Source of the DNA: Candidatus Eiseniibacteriota bacterium
Lineage (GTDB): Bacteria; Eisenbacteria; RBG-16-71-46; DASYSL01
DNA: 20,885 nt
Reading direction: 5' to 3'
NCBI GenBank assembly: GCA_031431875.1
Contig: JANPEF010000097.1
Location: forward strand, 1-20,885
Shown: in pieces, positions 1 to 11,870 of the stretch
Layout of the letters: every line of letters begins with the position of its first letter
Position numbering within the stretch: the stretch's first letter is position 1
Notes under the pieces: model-generated
Seen by the model: the letters and a program-made list of their open reading frames with translations, nothing else
Told to the model about the DNA's origin: nothing
The model's database searches: none
Position numbers and translations under genes: made by a program

Positions 1-22
1 GCATCAGGCCGGAATAGCGCAT
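1..22 (-). CDS. Possible 5' end of a gene running off the left edge (MRYSGLM...)
   Basis: ATG at 22-20 with an open frame to the edge, about 80 nt downstream of a good minus-strand sigma70 promoter. Only 7 codons are visible and there is no strong RBS. Confidence 0.3.
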
Positions 23-101
23 GAGATCAAGGCCCCGCAAAGTAAAAGGGAATGCGGCGGACTGTGCGAGGGCAGGGCACAGCGTGAACGGGCTGACTTC
101 A

Positions 102-131
102 AGGATAGCCACCGCCGCGAAAGCCTGTCAA
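102..131 (-). promoter_or_regulatory. Sigma70-type promoter firing leftwards
   Basis: Minus strand TTGACA (131-126), 18 nt, TATCCT (107-102) in a lower-GC intergenic stretch. Confidence 0.6.
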
Positions 132-264
132 TCGCGGCGAGGACCCTTTGCCGGAATCATCGGCCGGCAACCCCCGATTCTACAGGCGTTTTGCAATGCC
201 ACCCGCGACCCGGGGGCGGAGCCGGCCGACCCGCAAGGGCGGGAAGCACCTGCCACGTAGGGTA

Positions 265-866
265 TTACCTCCCATTGAGGCGCGCGGTTCCCCAGGTTCG
301 GACGTCGTTGGTGTCCCGGCGGTCTTCCCAGAAACGAATTTTCCAGTCTCCAGAGAGTCCCACGCTGGCCATGGTGAGCCCGGCGGAGCCGGCGGCGACG
401 GGGTTTCCGCCGGCGAAGACCCGGTAGCGTCGGTTGAGGATCCGGGTGGTGGTATTGACGTTTTCGTCGGGGCGGACCGGGTCCTGCGTGAGCGTGACGG
501 TGTAGAAGTTGTTCGGATCGTAGGCGAGGAACTGGGGGAAGAACGTGAGCTCGCGCTCACGGGTCCAGATCCCGGGGTCCGGGTTGCCCTCCTGCAGCCA
601 CGCTGCCAGGTCGGCCGGGTCGAACGAGGCATAAAAGCCGGGCTCCTGCAGCCCCAGCGAGTCGGTGAGGCACAGGCCATAGTTGCTGGCCGAGCGCGAT
701 TCGACGGCGCGTTCGAGGGTGGCCAGCGTGCTCTCGGGGACGGAGAAGCTCGGCGGGATGCCGGGGTTGCTGTCGGGGGATTCCGGCTGCGCGGTGTCGA
801 ACAGGCCGCAGCCGGCCGCGATCAGTGCACAGGCGGCGAGGGCGAGGAGGGGGGCGCGGATGGGCT

Positions 867-870
<4 letters not shown>
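265..870 (-). CDS. Uncharacterised lipoprotein (201 aa), possibly NTF2-like fold
   Basis: GGAGG RBS (884-880). Signal peptide MKPIRAPLLALAACALIAAG-C with lipobox, then a Pro-rich tether. C-terminal WKIRFWED...TW. ATGA overlap with the upstream gene. The fold is inference. Confidence 0.8.
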
Positions 871-4261
<3,391 letters not shown>

Positions 4262-4275
4262 GTCCGGCCGCTGAC

Positions 4276-5196
4276 GTGCCCGCCACCTCCGGTCTCGACG
4301 ATCGCCGCGCGGCGGCGGCCCTGGTGGCCGTCGAGTTGCTGTGCGTTCTTCTCCTCGTGTTCGGCAACCGACTGCCGGTCGATGCCCTGACCGGCGCCTC
4401 GACCGGCCTCCTCGCCCCCGCCAACTCCATCCTGCGCTGGATCGAAAGCGTCGCCACCGCCCGCAGCGACGCGACGCGCCTGCGCGGCGAGGTGGCGACC
4501 CTGCGCATGGAGCAGGGGCGCCTGGCCGACGCCGCCGTCGAGAACGAGCGCCTGCGCGCGCTGCTCGGTTTCGCCGAGCGCGGCCGGCCCCGGCTGCTGC
4601 CCGTCCAGGTCGTCGGCGTCAGCGGCGAGCCGTGGCCGATCGTCTTCCACCTGGGCTCGGGCAGCGGAGCGGGGCTCGCGGTGGGGCAGGCCGTGCTCTC
4701 CCCCGAGGGCCTGGTCGGCCGACTGACGCGGGTCGATGGCGGAACCGCCAGTGCGGCGCTGTTGACCGATCCCAACGCGCCGGTCGCCTGCGAAGTGGTG
4801 GGCAGCGGCGTGCGCGGCGTGCTCAAGTTCCGCTTCGGCAGCCGCCCTGGCCTCTACCTCACGGCCGTTCCGCTGACCGACACCGTGCGCGTGGGCGATC
4901 GCCTCGCGACCGCGGCGACCTCCGTGCTCTATCCGGCGGGGATCCCGGTGGGGCGCGTGCTGCGCGTCGGGCGCGAGGAGTCGGGCCTGCTGTCGGAGAT
5001 CGAGGTCACCCCGATGGCGCCGCTCTCGCGGCTGCGCGAAGTGCTCGTCGCCACCGATCGCCCCGACTCGACGTGGTGGCCGAAGCCCAAGCCGGTCGTT
5101 GCGGTCGTCGACAGCGCGCGCGGCGATTCGCTCGCGTCGCTCGCGCGGGCGCGCCCCGACTCCGCTCGGGTCGACACCGCGTCCGGGGTTCGTTGA
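4276..5196 (+). CDS. mreC: Rod shape-determining protein MreC
   Basis: N-terminal TM helix, coiled coil ending ENERLRALL, GLVGR, VRVGDRLAT, YPAGIPVGRV; directly after mreB. GTG start inferred. Confidence 0.93.
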   Translation: MPATSGLDDRRAAAALVAVELLCVLLLVFGNRLPVDALTGASTGLLAPANSILRWIESVATARSDATRLRGEVATLRMEQGRLADAAVENERLRALLGFAERGRPRLLPVQVVGVSGEPWPIVFHLGSGSGAGLAVGQAVLSPEGLVGRLTRVDGGTASAALLTDPNAPVACEVVGSGVRGVLKFRFGSRPGLYLTAVPLTDTVRVGDRLATAATSVLYPAGIPVGRVLRVGREESGLLSEIEVTPMAPLSRLREVLVATDRPDSTWWPKPKPVVAVVDSARGDSLASLARARPDSARVDTASGVR

Positions 5197-5197
5197 C

Positions 5198-5716
5198 GTG
5201 GCGCGCGGGACCTTCTACCTGCTCCTGGTGTGGACTACCGCGGGGCTCCTCGTGCGCTCCTCGGCCGAGCGCGGGATGTCGATCTTCGGCGTGGCGCCCG
5301 ACCTGTTGACGCTGCTCGTCGTCTACTGGGCGCTGGCGGGCGGGCCGCTGGCCGGCGTGCTCGCGGGATTCGTCGTCGGGCTCGTTGCCGACGCCGACCG
5401 CGGCCGCACGCTCGGCCTTGCCGCCGGCGTGCTGTCGATGATCGGCTACCTGGTCGGAGGGCTGGGCAACAGCCTGCACCGCGAGCGCCCGCCGGCGCAG
5501 TTCGTCGTGCTGCTCGTCACCACGCTGCTCGTCCAGTCGGTGCGCACGCTGTTCGCCGCGCAGGGCGACCTCGCCGCGTGGGCCACCACGTTCCCCGTCC
5601 ATGTCGCGCTCAAGGCCGTGTACACGGCGCTGCTGGGCCCGCTGTTCTACCTCGTCGTGCGCGCCGCCGGCGCGCCGAACTTCCTCGGTCATGGCCCGTC
5701 CAGCGCTGAATCGTGA
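5198..5716 (+). CDS. mreD: Rod shape-determining protein MreD
   Basis: 172-aa polytopic membrane protein with PDLLTLLVVYWAL and GFVVGLVAD, between mreC and mrdA. Confidence 0.92.
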   Translation: MARGTFYLLLVWTTAGLLVRSSAERGMSIFGVAPDLLTLLVVYWALAGGPLAGVLAGFVVGLVADADRGRTLGLAAGVLSMIGYLVGGLGNSLHRERPPAQFVVLLVTTLLVQSVRTLFAAQGDLAAWATTFPVHVALKAVYTALLGPLFYLVVRAAGAPNFLGHGPSSAES

Positions 5717-7595
5717 GGCCCGCAATCGTCGCGCGCTGACGATCGGCGCGGCGATGGCCGTGGGCTTCATCACGCTGGTGGCCGGCACGGTGCGCCTGCA
5801 ATTGATCAAGCACGAGGCCTATCGCCAACTCGCCGAGCAGAACCGCGTCCGCCTCGAGGTCGTGCGCGCCCCGCGCGGGCGTATCTTCGACCGCTCCGGC
5901 CGCCTGCTGGCCGACAACACGCCCGCGTTCGCCATCGTGTTCCGTCCGCCCGACAACGACCTCGGCATCGCCGACTCGCTCGCCGACGCGCCGCTGAAGA
6001 TTCTCGAGCGCGTGCTCGCGCTGCCGCGCGCCGACCTGCAGGCGGTCGTCCGCCGGGCCGTGCGCAGCGGTGCGACCATGCCGTTTCGCGAGGATGTCGA
6101 GCCGGTGATCGTCTCGCAGATCGAGGAGCTGCGCGCCGAGCTGCCGCACGTCGAGGTGCAGATCACGCCGCGCCGCCAGTACCCGCTCGGCACGGTTGCC
6201 GCACACCTGCTGGGCTACGCTGGCGAGATCAACGAGGCCGAACTGGCGACGCGCAAGGAGAAGGGCTACCGGCTCGGCGACCTGATCGGGCGCTCCGGGC
6301 TGGAGCGCTCGTACGAGGAGGCGCTGCGCGGCAAGGATGGCCACCAGTACGTCGTCGTCAACGCGATGGGCCGGCGGGTCGGCCAGCTCGAGGACGTGCC
6401 TCCGGTCGCGCCGCTGCCGGGGCAGGACCTGCGCCTCGCGCTCGACCTCGACGTGCAGCTCGCGCTCGAGGAGGGGATGGGGGACGAGGGCCACGGCGCG
6501 GCCGTCGCGATCGATCCGCGCACCGGCGGCGTGCTCGGCATGGTGAGCCGCCCGGCGTTCGATCCCAACGAGTTCGCGCGCGGCCTGTCGCGCTCGCGCT
6601 GGCGCGAGTTCATGCAGGATCGGTCGTATCCGCTGCTCAATCGCGCGATCCAGTCGACGTATCCCCCGGCTTCGACCTACAAGATCGTGACTTCGCTGGC
6701 TGGCCTGCAGGAGGGCGTGATCGAGCCGTCGACGCACATGCCGGTCAGTTGCTCCGGCGGCTATCGCTACGGCAGCCGCTGGTACAAGTGCTGGAATCAC
6801 TCGGGCCACGGCTCGCTCGACCTGCCCGCCGCGCTCGCCTGGTCGTGCGACGTCTACTACTACCAGCTCGGGCTGCGGCTGGGCGTCGACCGGCTCGCTA
6901 CCTGGGCGCAGAAGCTCGGCCTGGGCCAGAAGACCGGGATCGACCTGCCGCAGGAGCGCTCGGGGCTGGTGCCCACCACCAAGTGGTACGACCGCCGGCG
7001 CGGAGTGGGCAAGTGGTCGAACGGCGTCATGCTCAACATCGCGATCGGCCAGGGCGAGAACCTGTACACGCCACTGCAAATCGCGCAGATCGGCGAGACG
7101 ATCGCGACCGAGGGCGCCCTGCGCACGCCGCACATGGTGCAGGAGATCCTCGATCCGATAACGGGCCACGGCAAGGCGGTCGAACCCGCGCCGCGCCAGG
7201 CGCTGACGCTGCCGGCCGAGACCTGGGCCGCACTGTCGAACGCCATGGAGCGCACGGTCAGCTCGGGCACGGGGGGCCGCGCCCAGGTGCCGGGCGTGCG
7301 GGTCGCCGGAAAGACAGGAACCGGCCAGAATCCGCACGGCGACGATCACGCGGTGTTCGTCTGTTACGCTCCGGTCGAGAAGCCGACCATCGTGATCGCC
7401 GTGCTGGTGGAGAACGGCGGACACGGCGGCTCGGTCGCCGCCCCGATCGCGCAGAAGGCGCTCCTGGCGTGGCTCGCTCCCGATTTGCGCCTGGCGCAGC
7501 AGCGCGAGACGGCGCGGCACGACTCGCTCGCCGCAGTGCGCGGCATCGTCGCCGTGGCGCCCGCGCCGGCCGATTCCATGTTGCTGGGAGACTGA
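5691..7595 (+). CDS. mrdA: Penicillin-binding protein 2 (class B transpeptidase)
   Basis: TM anchor, APRGRIFDR, RQYP, GRSGLE, and catalytic STYK, SCD, KTG motifs; upstream of rodA. Confidence 0.96.
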   Translation: MARPALNREARNRRALTIGAAMAVGFITLVAGTVRLQLIKHEAYRQLAEQNRVRLEVVRAPRGRIFDRSGRLLADNTPAFAIVFRPPDNDLGIADSLADAPLKILERVLALPRADLQAVVRRAVRSGATMPFREDVEPVIVSQIEELRAELPHVEVQITPRRQYPLGTVAAHLLGYAGEINEAELATRKEKGYRLGDLIGRSGLERSYEEALRGKDGHQYVVVNAMGRRVGQLEDVPPVAPLPGQDLRLALDLDVQLALEEGMGDEGHGAAVAIDPRTGGVLGMVSRPAFDPNEFARGLSRSRWREFMQDRSYPLLNRAIQSTYPPASTYKIVTSLAGLQEGVIEPSTHMPVSCSGGYRYGSRWYKCWNHSGHGSLDLPAALAWSCDVYYYQLGLRLGVDRLATWAQKLGLGQKTGIDLPQERSGLVPTTKWYDRRRGVGKWSNGVMLNIAIGQGENLYTPLQIAQIGETIATEGALRTPHMVQEILDPITGHGKAVEPAPRQALTLPAETWAALSNAMERTVSSGTGGRAQVPGVRVAGKTGTGQNPHGDDHAVFVCYAPVEKPTIVIAVLVENGGHGGSVAAPIAQKALLAWLAPDLRLAQQRETARHDSLAAVRGIVAVAPAPADSMLLGD

Positions 7596-7596
7596 C

Positions 7597-8832
7597 GTGG
7601 CCCTTCCCCTCGCCGATCGACGCGGCGCCCGACAGATCGACTGGATCCTCATTTTCGCCGTGCTCGGCCTGGTGACGATCGGGCTCCTGCTCGTCTTCAG
7701 CGCCACCTCGCACCCCGGCTCGGCGCACGAGGGGTTCCACTGGCGCCAGCTCACGTGGTTCGGGATCGGCGCCGTCTGCGCGTATGCCGTCGCGGCCGTG
7801 CACTATCGCAACTACGACACCCTGGCGTGGGTGGCGTACGCGATCTCGATCGTGCTGCTCGTGCTCGTGTTCTTCGTCGGCGTCGAGGTCTATGGCGCGA
7901 AGCGCTGGTTGCGGATCGGGGGCTTCCAGTTCCAGCCGTCGGAGATCGCGAAGCTGGCGACGATCTTCGTGCTCGCCCGACATCTCGACCAGAAGCGGCT
8001 GGACCTGGCGCGCGCGAGGAACTGGATCGCGCCGTTCTTCATCGTCATCGTGCCCATGCTGCTGGTCCTCAAGGAGCCCGACCTGGCGACGTCGCTGTCG
8101 TTCTTCGTCTTCGCCGTGGTGATGATGTTCTGGGCGGGGATGCCGTTGTCGACGCTGCTGCTGGCGCTGTCGCCGGTGATCTCGGTCGTCGGGTTCTTCC
8201 TCACGCGCAGCGAGTGGCCGTTCGTGTTCGTGTTCCTCGGCCTGCTGGCGTGGACGCGGCCGCGCATGCCGGCTCTGGTCGCGCTGGTGCTGGTCAACCT
8301 GGCGGTGGGGCTCGCGCTGCCGCACATCTGGGACGGCCTCGAGCCCTACCAGCGCGGCCGCATCGAGACCTTCCTCAATCCGGGCGCCGACCCCACGGGG
8401 GCGGGCTACCAGGTGATCCAGTCGCAGATCGCCATCGGCTCGGGCGGGCCGACCGGGGTGGGCTATCTCGAGGGCACCCAGAAGGGTCTGTCGTTCCTGC
8501 CCATGAAGCACACCGACTTCATCTTCTCGGTGCTGGGGGAGGAACTGGGCTTCTGGGGGACGGGCCTCGTGCTGATCCTCTTCGCCATCGTCTGCTTCCG
8601 CGGCCTGCGCATCGCCGCTTCGGCCCGCAACGCGTTCGCCAGCCTGGTGGCGATCGGGGTCGTGTCCGTGTTCTTCTATCACGTGCTGGTCAACGTGCTC
8701 ATGACGCTCGGCTGGGCCCCGGTGGCTGGGGTCCCGCTCCCGCTCCTGTCGTACGGCGGCACGTCGCTGGTCATGAACTGCCTGCAGATCGGGCTCCTGC
8801 TCAACGTCGGCGTCCATCGCCACGAGTACTGA
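7597..8832 (+). CDS. rodA: SEDS peptidoglycan glycosyltransferase RodA
   Basis: GAKRW, FQPSEIAK, EPDL, GYQVIQSQIAIGSGG, HTDFIFSVLGEELG, PLPLLSYGGTS. Confidence 0.97.
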   Translation: MALPLADRRGARQIDWILIFAVLGLVTIGLLLVFSATSHPGSAHEGFHWRQLTWFGIGAVCAYAVAAVHYRNYDTLAWVAYAISIVLLVLVFFVGVEVYGAKRWLRIGGFQFQPSEIAKLATIFVLARHLDQKRLDLARARNWIAPFFIVIVPMLLVLKEPDLATSLSFFVFAVVMMFWAGMPLSTLLLALSPVISVVGFFLTRSEWPFVFVFLGLLAWTRPRMPALVALVLVNLAVGLALPHIWDGLEPYQRGRIETFLNPGADPTGAGYQVIQSQIAIGSGGPTGVGYLEGTQKGLSFLPMKHTDFIFSVLGEELGFWGTGLVLILFAIVCFRGLRIAASARNAFASLVAIGVVSVFFYHVLVNVLMTLGWAPVAGVPLPLLSYGGTSLVMNCLQIGLLLNVGVHRHEY

Positions 8833-8857
8833 GGCTCCGACTGGACTGAGAGGTCGC

Positions 8858-9652
8858 GTGTATCCGGAACTGTTCTCGTTCGGCCCGTTTCACCTGCGCA
8901 CGTTCGGCGTGCTGCTCGCCGCCGCCTTCCTGATCGGGACGTGGATCGCCCTCGGCGAGGCCCGGCGGCGCGGCATCGACGAGACGAAGCTGGTGAACAT
9001 GGTGCTCGTCATCCTCGTCTCCTCGATCGTCGGTGCGCGCGCCTTCTACGTGTTCACCCACCCGGCCGAGCTGCGCGGCGATCCGCTGTCGTTCCTGCGC
9101 ATCTGGGAGGGTGGACTCACGCTGATTGGCGGCTTCGTCACCGGCACGGTGGCGGGCTTCGCCTACATGCGCCACGCCAGGCTGCCGCTCGGTGCGACCG
9201 CCGACACGGTGACGCCCTCGGTTGCGCTGGGGGTGGCGATCGCACGCATCGGCTGCTTCCTGAACGGCTGCTGCTTCGGCCTGCCCGGCAGCCAGCCGTG
9301 GTGCGTGCACTTTCCGCCGGGAGCGCCCGCGTCGATCCTGTTCCCCGGGTTTCCGGTCCATCCATCGCAGCTCTACAACGCGGCGGCATTCCTCGGGCTG
9401 TTCCTGCTTACCCTGTGGCTCCGGCCGCGGCTCAAGGGCGACGGGCAGCTGTGGTGGGCGTTCGTGATCCTCTTCGCGCTGGTGCGCATCCCAATCGATG
9501 CCACTCGCTACTACGAGTCCTCGGCTTACGTGACGAAGATCTTCGGGCGCTTCGTGACCGACAGCGAGCTGATCGGTCTTGCCCTCGTGGTGATCGGCGT
9601 GGTGCTGTTCGTGCGCGCCGGACGCCGGGGCTCCGCGCGCGACGCGGCATGA
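8858..9652 (+). CDS. lgt: Prolipoprotein diacylglyceryl transferase family (GCC-type variant)
   Basis: MYPELF, VGARAFYV, IWEGGL, ARIGCFLNGCCFG, HPSQLY; GAGG RBS. Confidence 0.88.
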   Translation: MYPELFSFGPFHLRTFGVLLAAAFLIGTWIALGEARRRGIDETKLVNMVLVILVSSIVGARAFYVFTHPAELRGDPLSFLRIWEGGLTLIGGFVTGTVAGFAYMRHARLPLGATADTVTPSVALGVAIARIGCFLNGCCFGLPGSQPWCVHFPPGAPASILFPGFPVHPSQLYNAAAFLGLFLLTLWLRPRLKGDGQLWWAFVILFALVRIPIDATRYYESSAYVTKIFGRFVTDSELIGLALVVIGVVLFVRAGRRGSARDAA

Positions 9653-10518
9653 CCCAGCGCTTCGCCGTGCTCGGCGCGCCGATCGCCCATTCGCTGTCGC
9701 CGCGCCTGCACATGGCGGCCTTCACGGCGACCGGACGCGACGCGGCGTACGAGGCGATCGAGGTCGACGCCGTCGGGTTCACCGCCGCGCTCGCGCGCCT
9801 GCGCGCCGCTGGCTACGCGGGCGTCAACGTGACCGCGCCCCTGAAGCCGCTCGGCCTCGCTGCCGCCGACGAGGCGACAGGCGCGGCGCGCGAGGCCGGC
9901 GCCGCGAACACGCTCGCCTTTCGCGATGGCCGCGTGCACGCCGACAACACCGATGGCGCGGGCTTCATCCGCTTTCTCGATCGCGCCGGTGTCGCCGTCT
10001 CCGGACAGGCGGTCGCGTTCCTCGGCGGCGGGGGGGCAGTGCGCGGGCTCGTCCCGGCCCTGCTCGCGGGCGGCGCGGGGCCGATCACGCTCGTCGTGCG
10101 TCGACCGCTCGAGGTTGCGGCGAGCTTCGCGCCCTTCGCCGCGCGCGGTGTGCGCGTCGTGGCGCTCGACGAGTCCGCGGGCGCTCCGGCGGTGGGGGAG
10201 GCCTCGCTGGTCGTCCAGGGAACGCCGCTCGGGCTGCGCGGCGGCGATCCCCTGCCCTGTCCGGCAGACTGGCCGGGCCCACGGGCGGTCGCCGTCGATC
10301 TCCTGTATCATCCGGCCGTGACCCCGTGGCTGGCCGCATTGCGGGCCCGGGGCGTGCGCGCCGCGAATGGCCTGGGGCTGCTCGTCGAGCAGGCCCTGCT
10401 GGCGCAGCGTTTCTGGTTCGGTGCAGAGCCCCCGCGGTCCGCCCTCGAAGAGGCTGTCCGATGGAGCGATCCCTTCGCCTCCTCCTCCGCATCGTCGGGG
10501 AGGGCGCCCGGGCCCTGA
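9649..10518 (+). CDS. aroE: Shikimate dehydrogenase
   Basis: GAPIAHSLSP, NVTAPLK, GAANT, NTDGAGF, GGGGA, DLLY, GLGLLVEQA. ATGA overlap with lgt. Confidence 0.93.
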   Translation: MTQRFAVLGAPIAHSLSPRLHMAAFTATGRDAAYEAIEVDAVGFTAALARLRAAGYAGVNVTAPLKPLGLAAADEATGAAREAGAANTLAFRDGRVHADNTDGAGFIRFLDRAGVAVSGQAVAFLGGGGAVRGLVPALLAGGAGPITLVVRRPLEVAASFAPFAARGVRVVALDESAGAPAVGEASLVVQGTPLGLRGGDPLPCPADWPGPRAVAVDLLYHPAVTPWLAALRARGVRAANGLGLLVEQALLAQRFWFGAEPPRSALEEAVRWSDPFASSSASSGRAPGP

Positions 10519-11192
10519 TCGAGGCCGCGCTGCCGGTCGCCTGTGCGGCCTGCGACGCGCGCCTCCTCGTCGCGGACGACCTGCCACTGTGCGCGACCTG
10601 TGCGGCCGCGGCCGTCGAGGCGGGTCCGGCGTTCTGCCTGGTCTGTGCACGCGAGCGGCGCGATCCTCGCGGCTGTCGCCGCACCGATCATCCGTGGTTG
10701 CGCGCCGGGTTCACCTGGAATGAGCCGCTGCGCGCGCTCGTCCATGCGTTCAAGTTTTCCGGTGCGGTCGAACTGGCCGCGCCGCTGGTCGACGCGGCGC
10801 TCGACACCGCCGGCTTCGCCGCGGTGGCGCGACCCGACGCGATCGTGGCCGTGCCGCTGCACCGCGTGCGGCGCCGCGAGCGCGGCTACGACCAGGCCGA
10901 GGCGCTGGCCCGCGCGTTCGCGGAGTGCACCGGCGCGCCGCTCGTGCGCGGGCTCGAGCGCCCGTGCGCGACGCGGCAGCAGGCGAAGCTCGATGCGGCG
11001 GGGCGGCGCACGAATGTCGCGGGCGCATTCCGGGCGCTGCCCGCGGCGGCGACGCTCGCCGGTGGCCGCGTGGCGGTGGTCGACGACGTGGTGACCACCG
11101 GTGCGACCATGCTCGCCGCGATCGACGCGTTGCGCGATGTCGGGGTGCCTTCGGTCGAGGCGTGGTGCCTGGCCTACGAACCGCTGGAGTGA
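10461..11192 (+). CDS. comF: ComF/GntX family protein (zinc ribbon + PRTase-like domain)
   Basis: CAAC, CATC, CLVC, VPLH..RRRERGYDQA, RRTNVAGAF, VDDVVTTGAT. Confidence 0.9.
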   Translation: MERSLRLLLRIVGEGARALIEAALPVACAACDARLLVADDLPLCATCAAAAVEAGPAFCLVCARERRDPRGCRRTDHPWLRAGFTWNEPLRALVHAFKFSGAVELAAPLVDAALDTAGFAAVARPDAIVAVPLHRVRRRERGYDQAEALARAFAECTGAPLVRGLERPCATRQQAKLDAAGRRTNVAGAFRALPAAATLAGGRVAVVDDVVTTGATMLAAIDALRDVGVPSVEAWCLAYEPLE

Positions 11193-11204
11193 GAGGAGCC
11201 GTCC

Positions 11205-11870
11205 ATGACCCACCTGCACATCGCCGACGGCGTCCTGCCCGTGTTCCTGTGGGCGGCGGGCCTCCTGATCATGGCCGGGCTGGTTGCGATCGTTTCCTAC
11301 CGGCATCGCAACGACCGCGCCGATCGTCTCACGCTGCTCGGCTCGCTGGCTGCGCTCATGCTCGCGGCGATGGCCGTGCCGCTGGGGCCGATCGGGCACC
11401 TGAGCTTTGCGCCGGTGGTCGGCATCCTGCTGGGGCCGGGCCTGGGCTTCCTCGCCGCGGTCGTCGTCAACGCGATCCTCGCGCTGCTCGGGCACGGCGG
11501 AATCACCGTGCTGGGGCTCAATGCGCTGGTCCTGGGCACGGCGACGATGGCGGCGCAGCCGCTCTATCGCCTGGCGCGGGCGCGCTTCATCCCCGGGACG
11601 GCCGCCGCGATCGCCTCGGTGATCGCCGGGGTGGCCAGCGTGATCGCGCTGTGGGTCGTGCTCGCGCTCGCGGGGGGTGGGCCCGCCGTCGACCCTGTCG
11701 CGCACGTCGAAGCCGCCGGACACGTTGGGCACGTCGAGGGACTGTCCGCAACGTCGCGCTTCGTGGCGTTCGCCTCACCGTTCTGGGCGCTGGGTTTCGC
11801 CGTCGAGGCGATCGTCTCGGCGAGCGTGATCGGCTTCCTCGCCCGCGTGCGACCGGAGCTGTTGCCATGA
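11205..11870 (+). CDS. ECF-type Co/Ni transporter substrate component (CbiM/NikM family)
   Basis: HIADG near the N-terminus, GH, GILLGP, GHGGITVLGLN; strong GAGGAG RBS. Metal specificity cannot be determined. Confidence 0.88.
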   Translation: MTHLHIADGVLPVFLWAAGLLIMAGLVAIVSYRHRNDRADRLTLLGSLAALMLAAMAVPLGPIGHLSFAPVVGILLGPGLGFLAAVVVNAILALLGHGGITVLGLNALVLGTATMAAQPLYRLARARFIPGTAAAIASVIAGVASVIALWVVLALAGGGPAVDPVAHVEAAGHVGHVEGLSATSRFVAFASPFWALGFAVEAIVSASVIGFLARVRPELLP

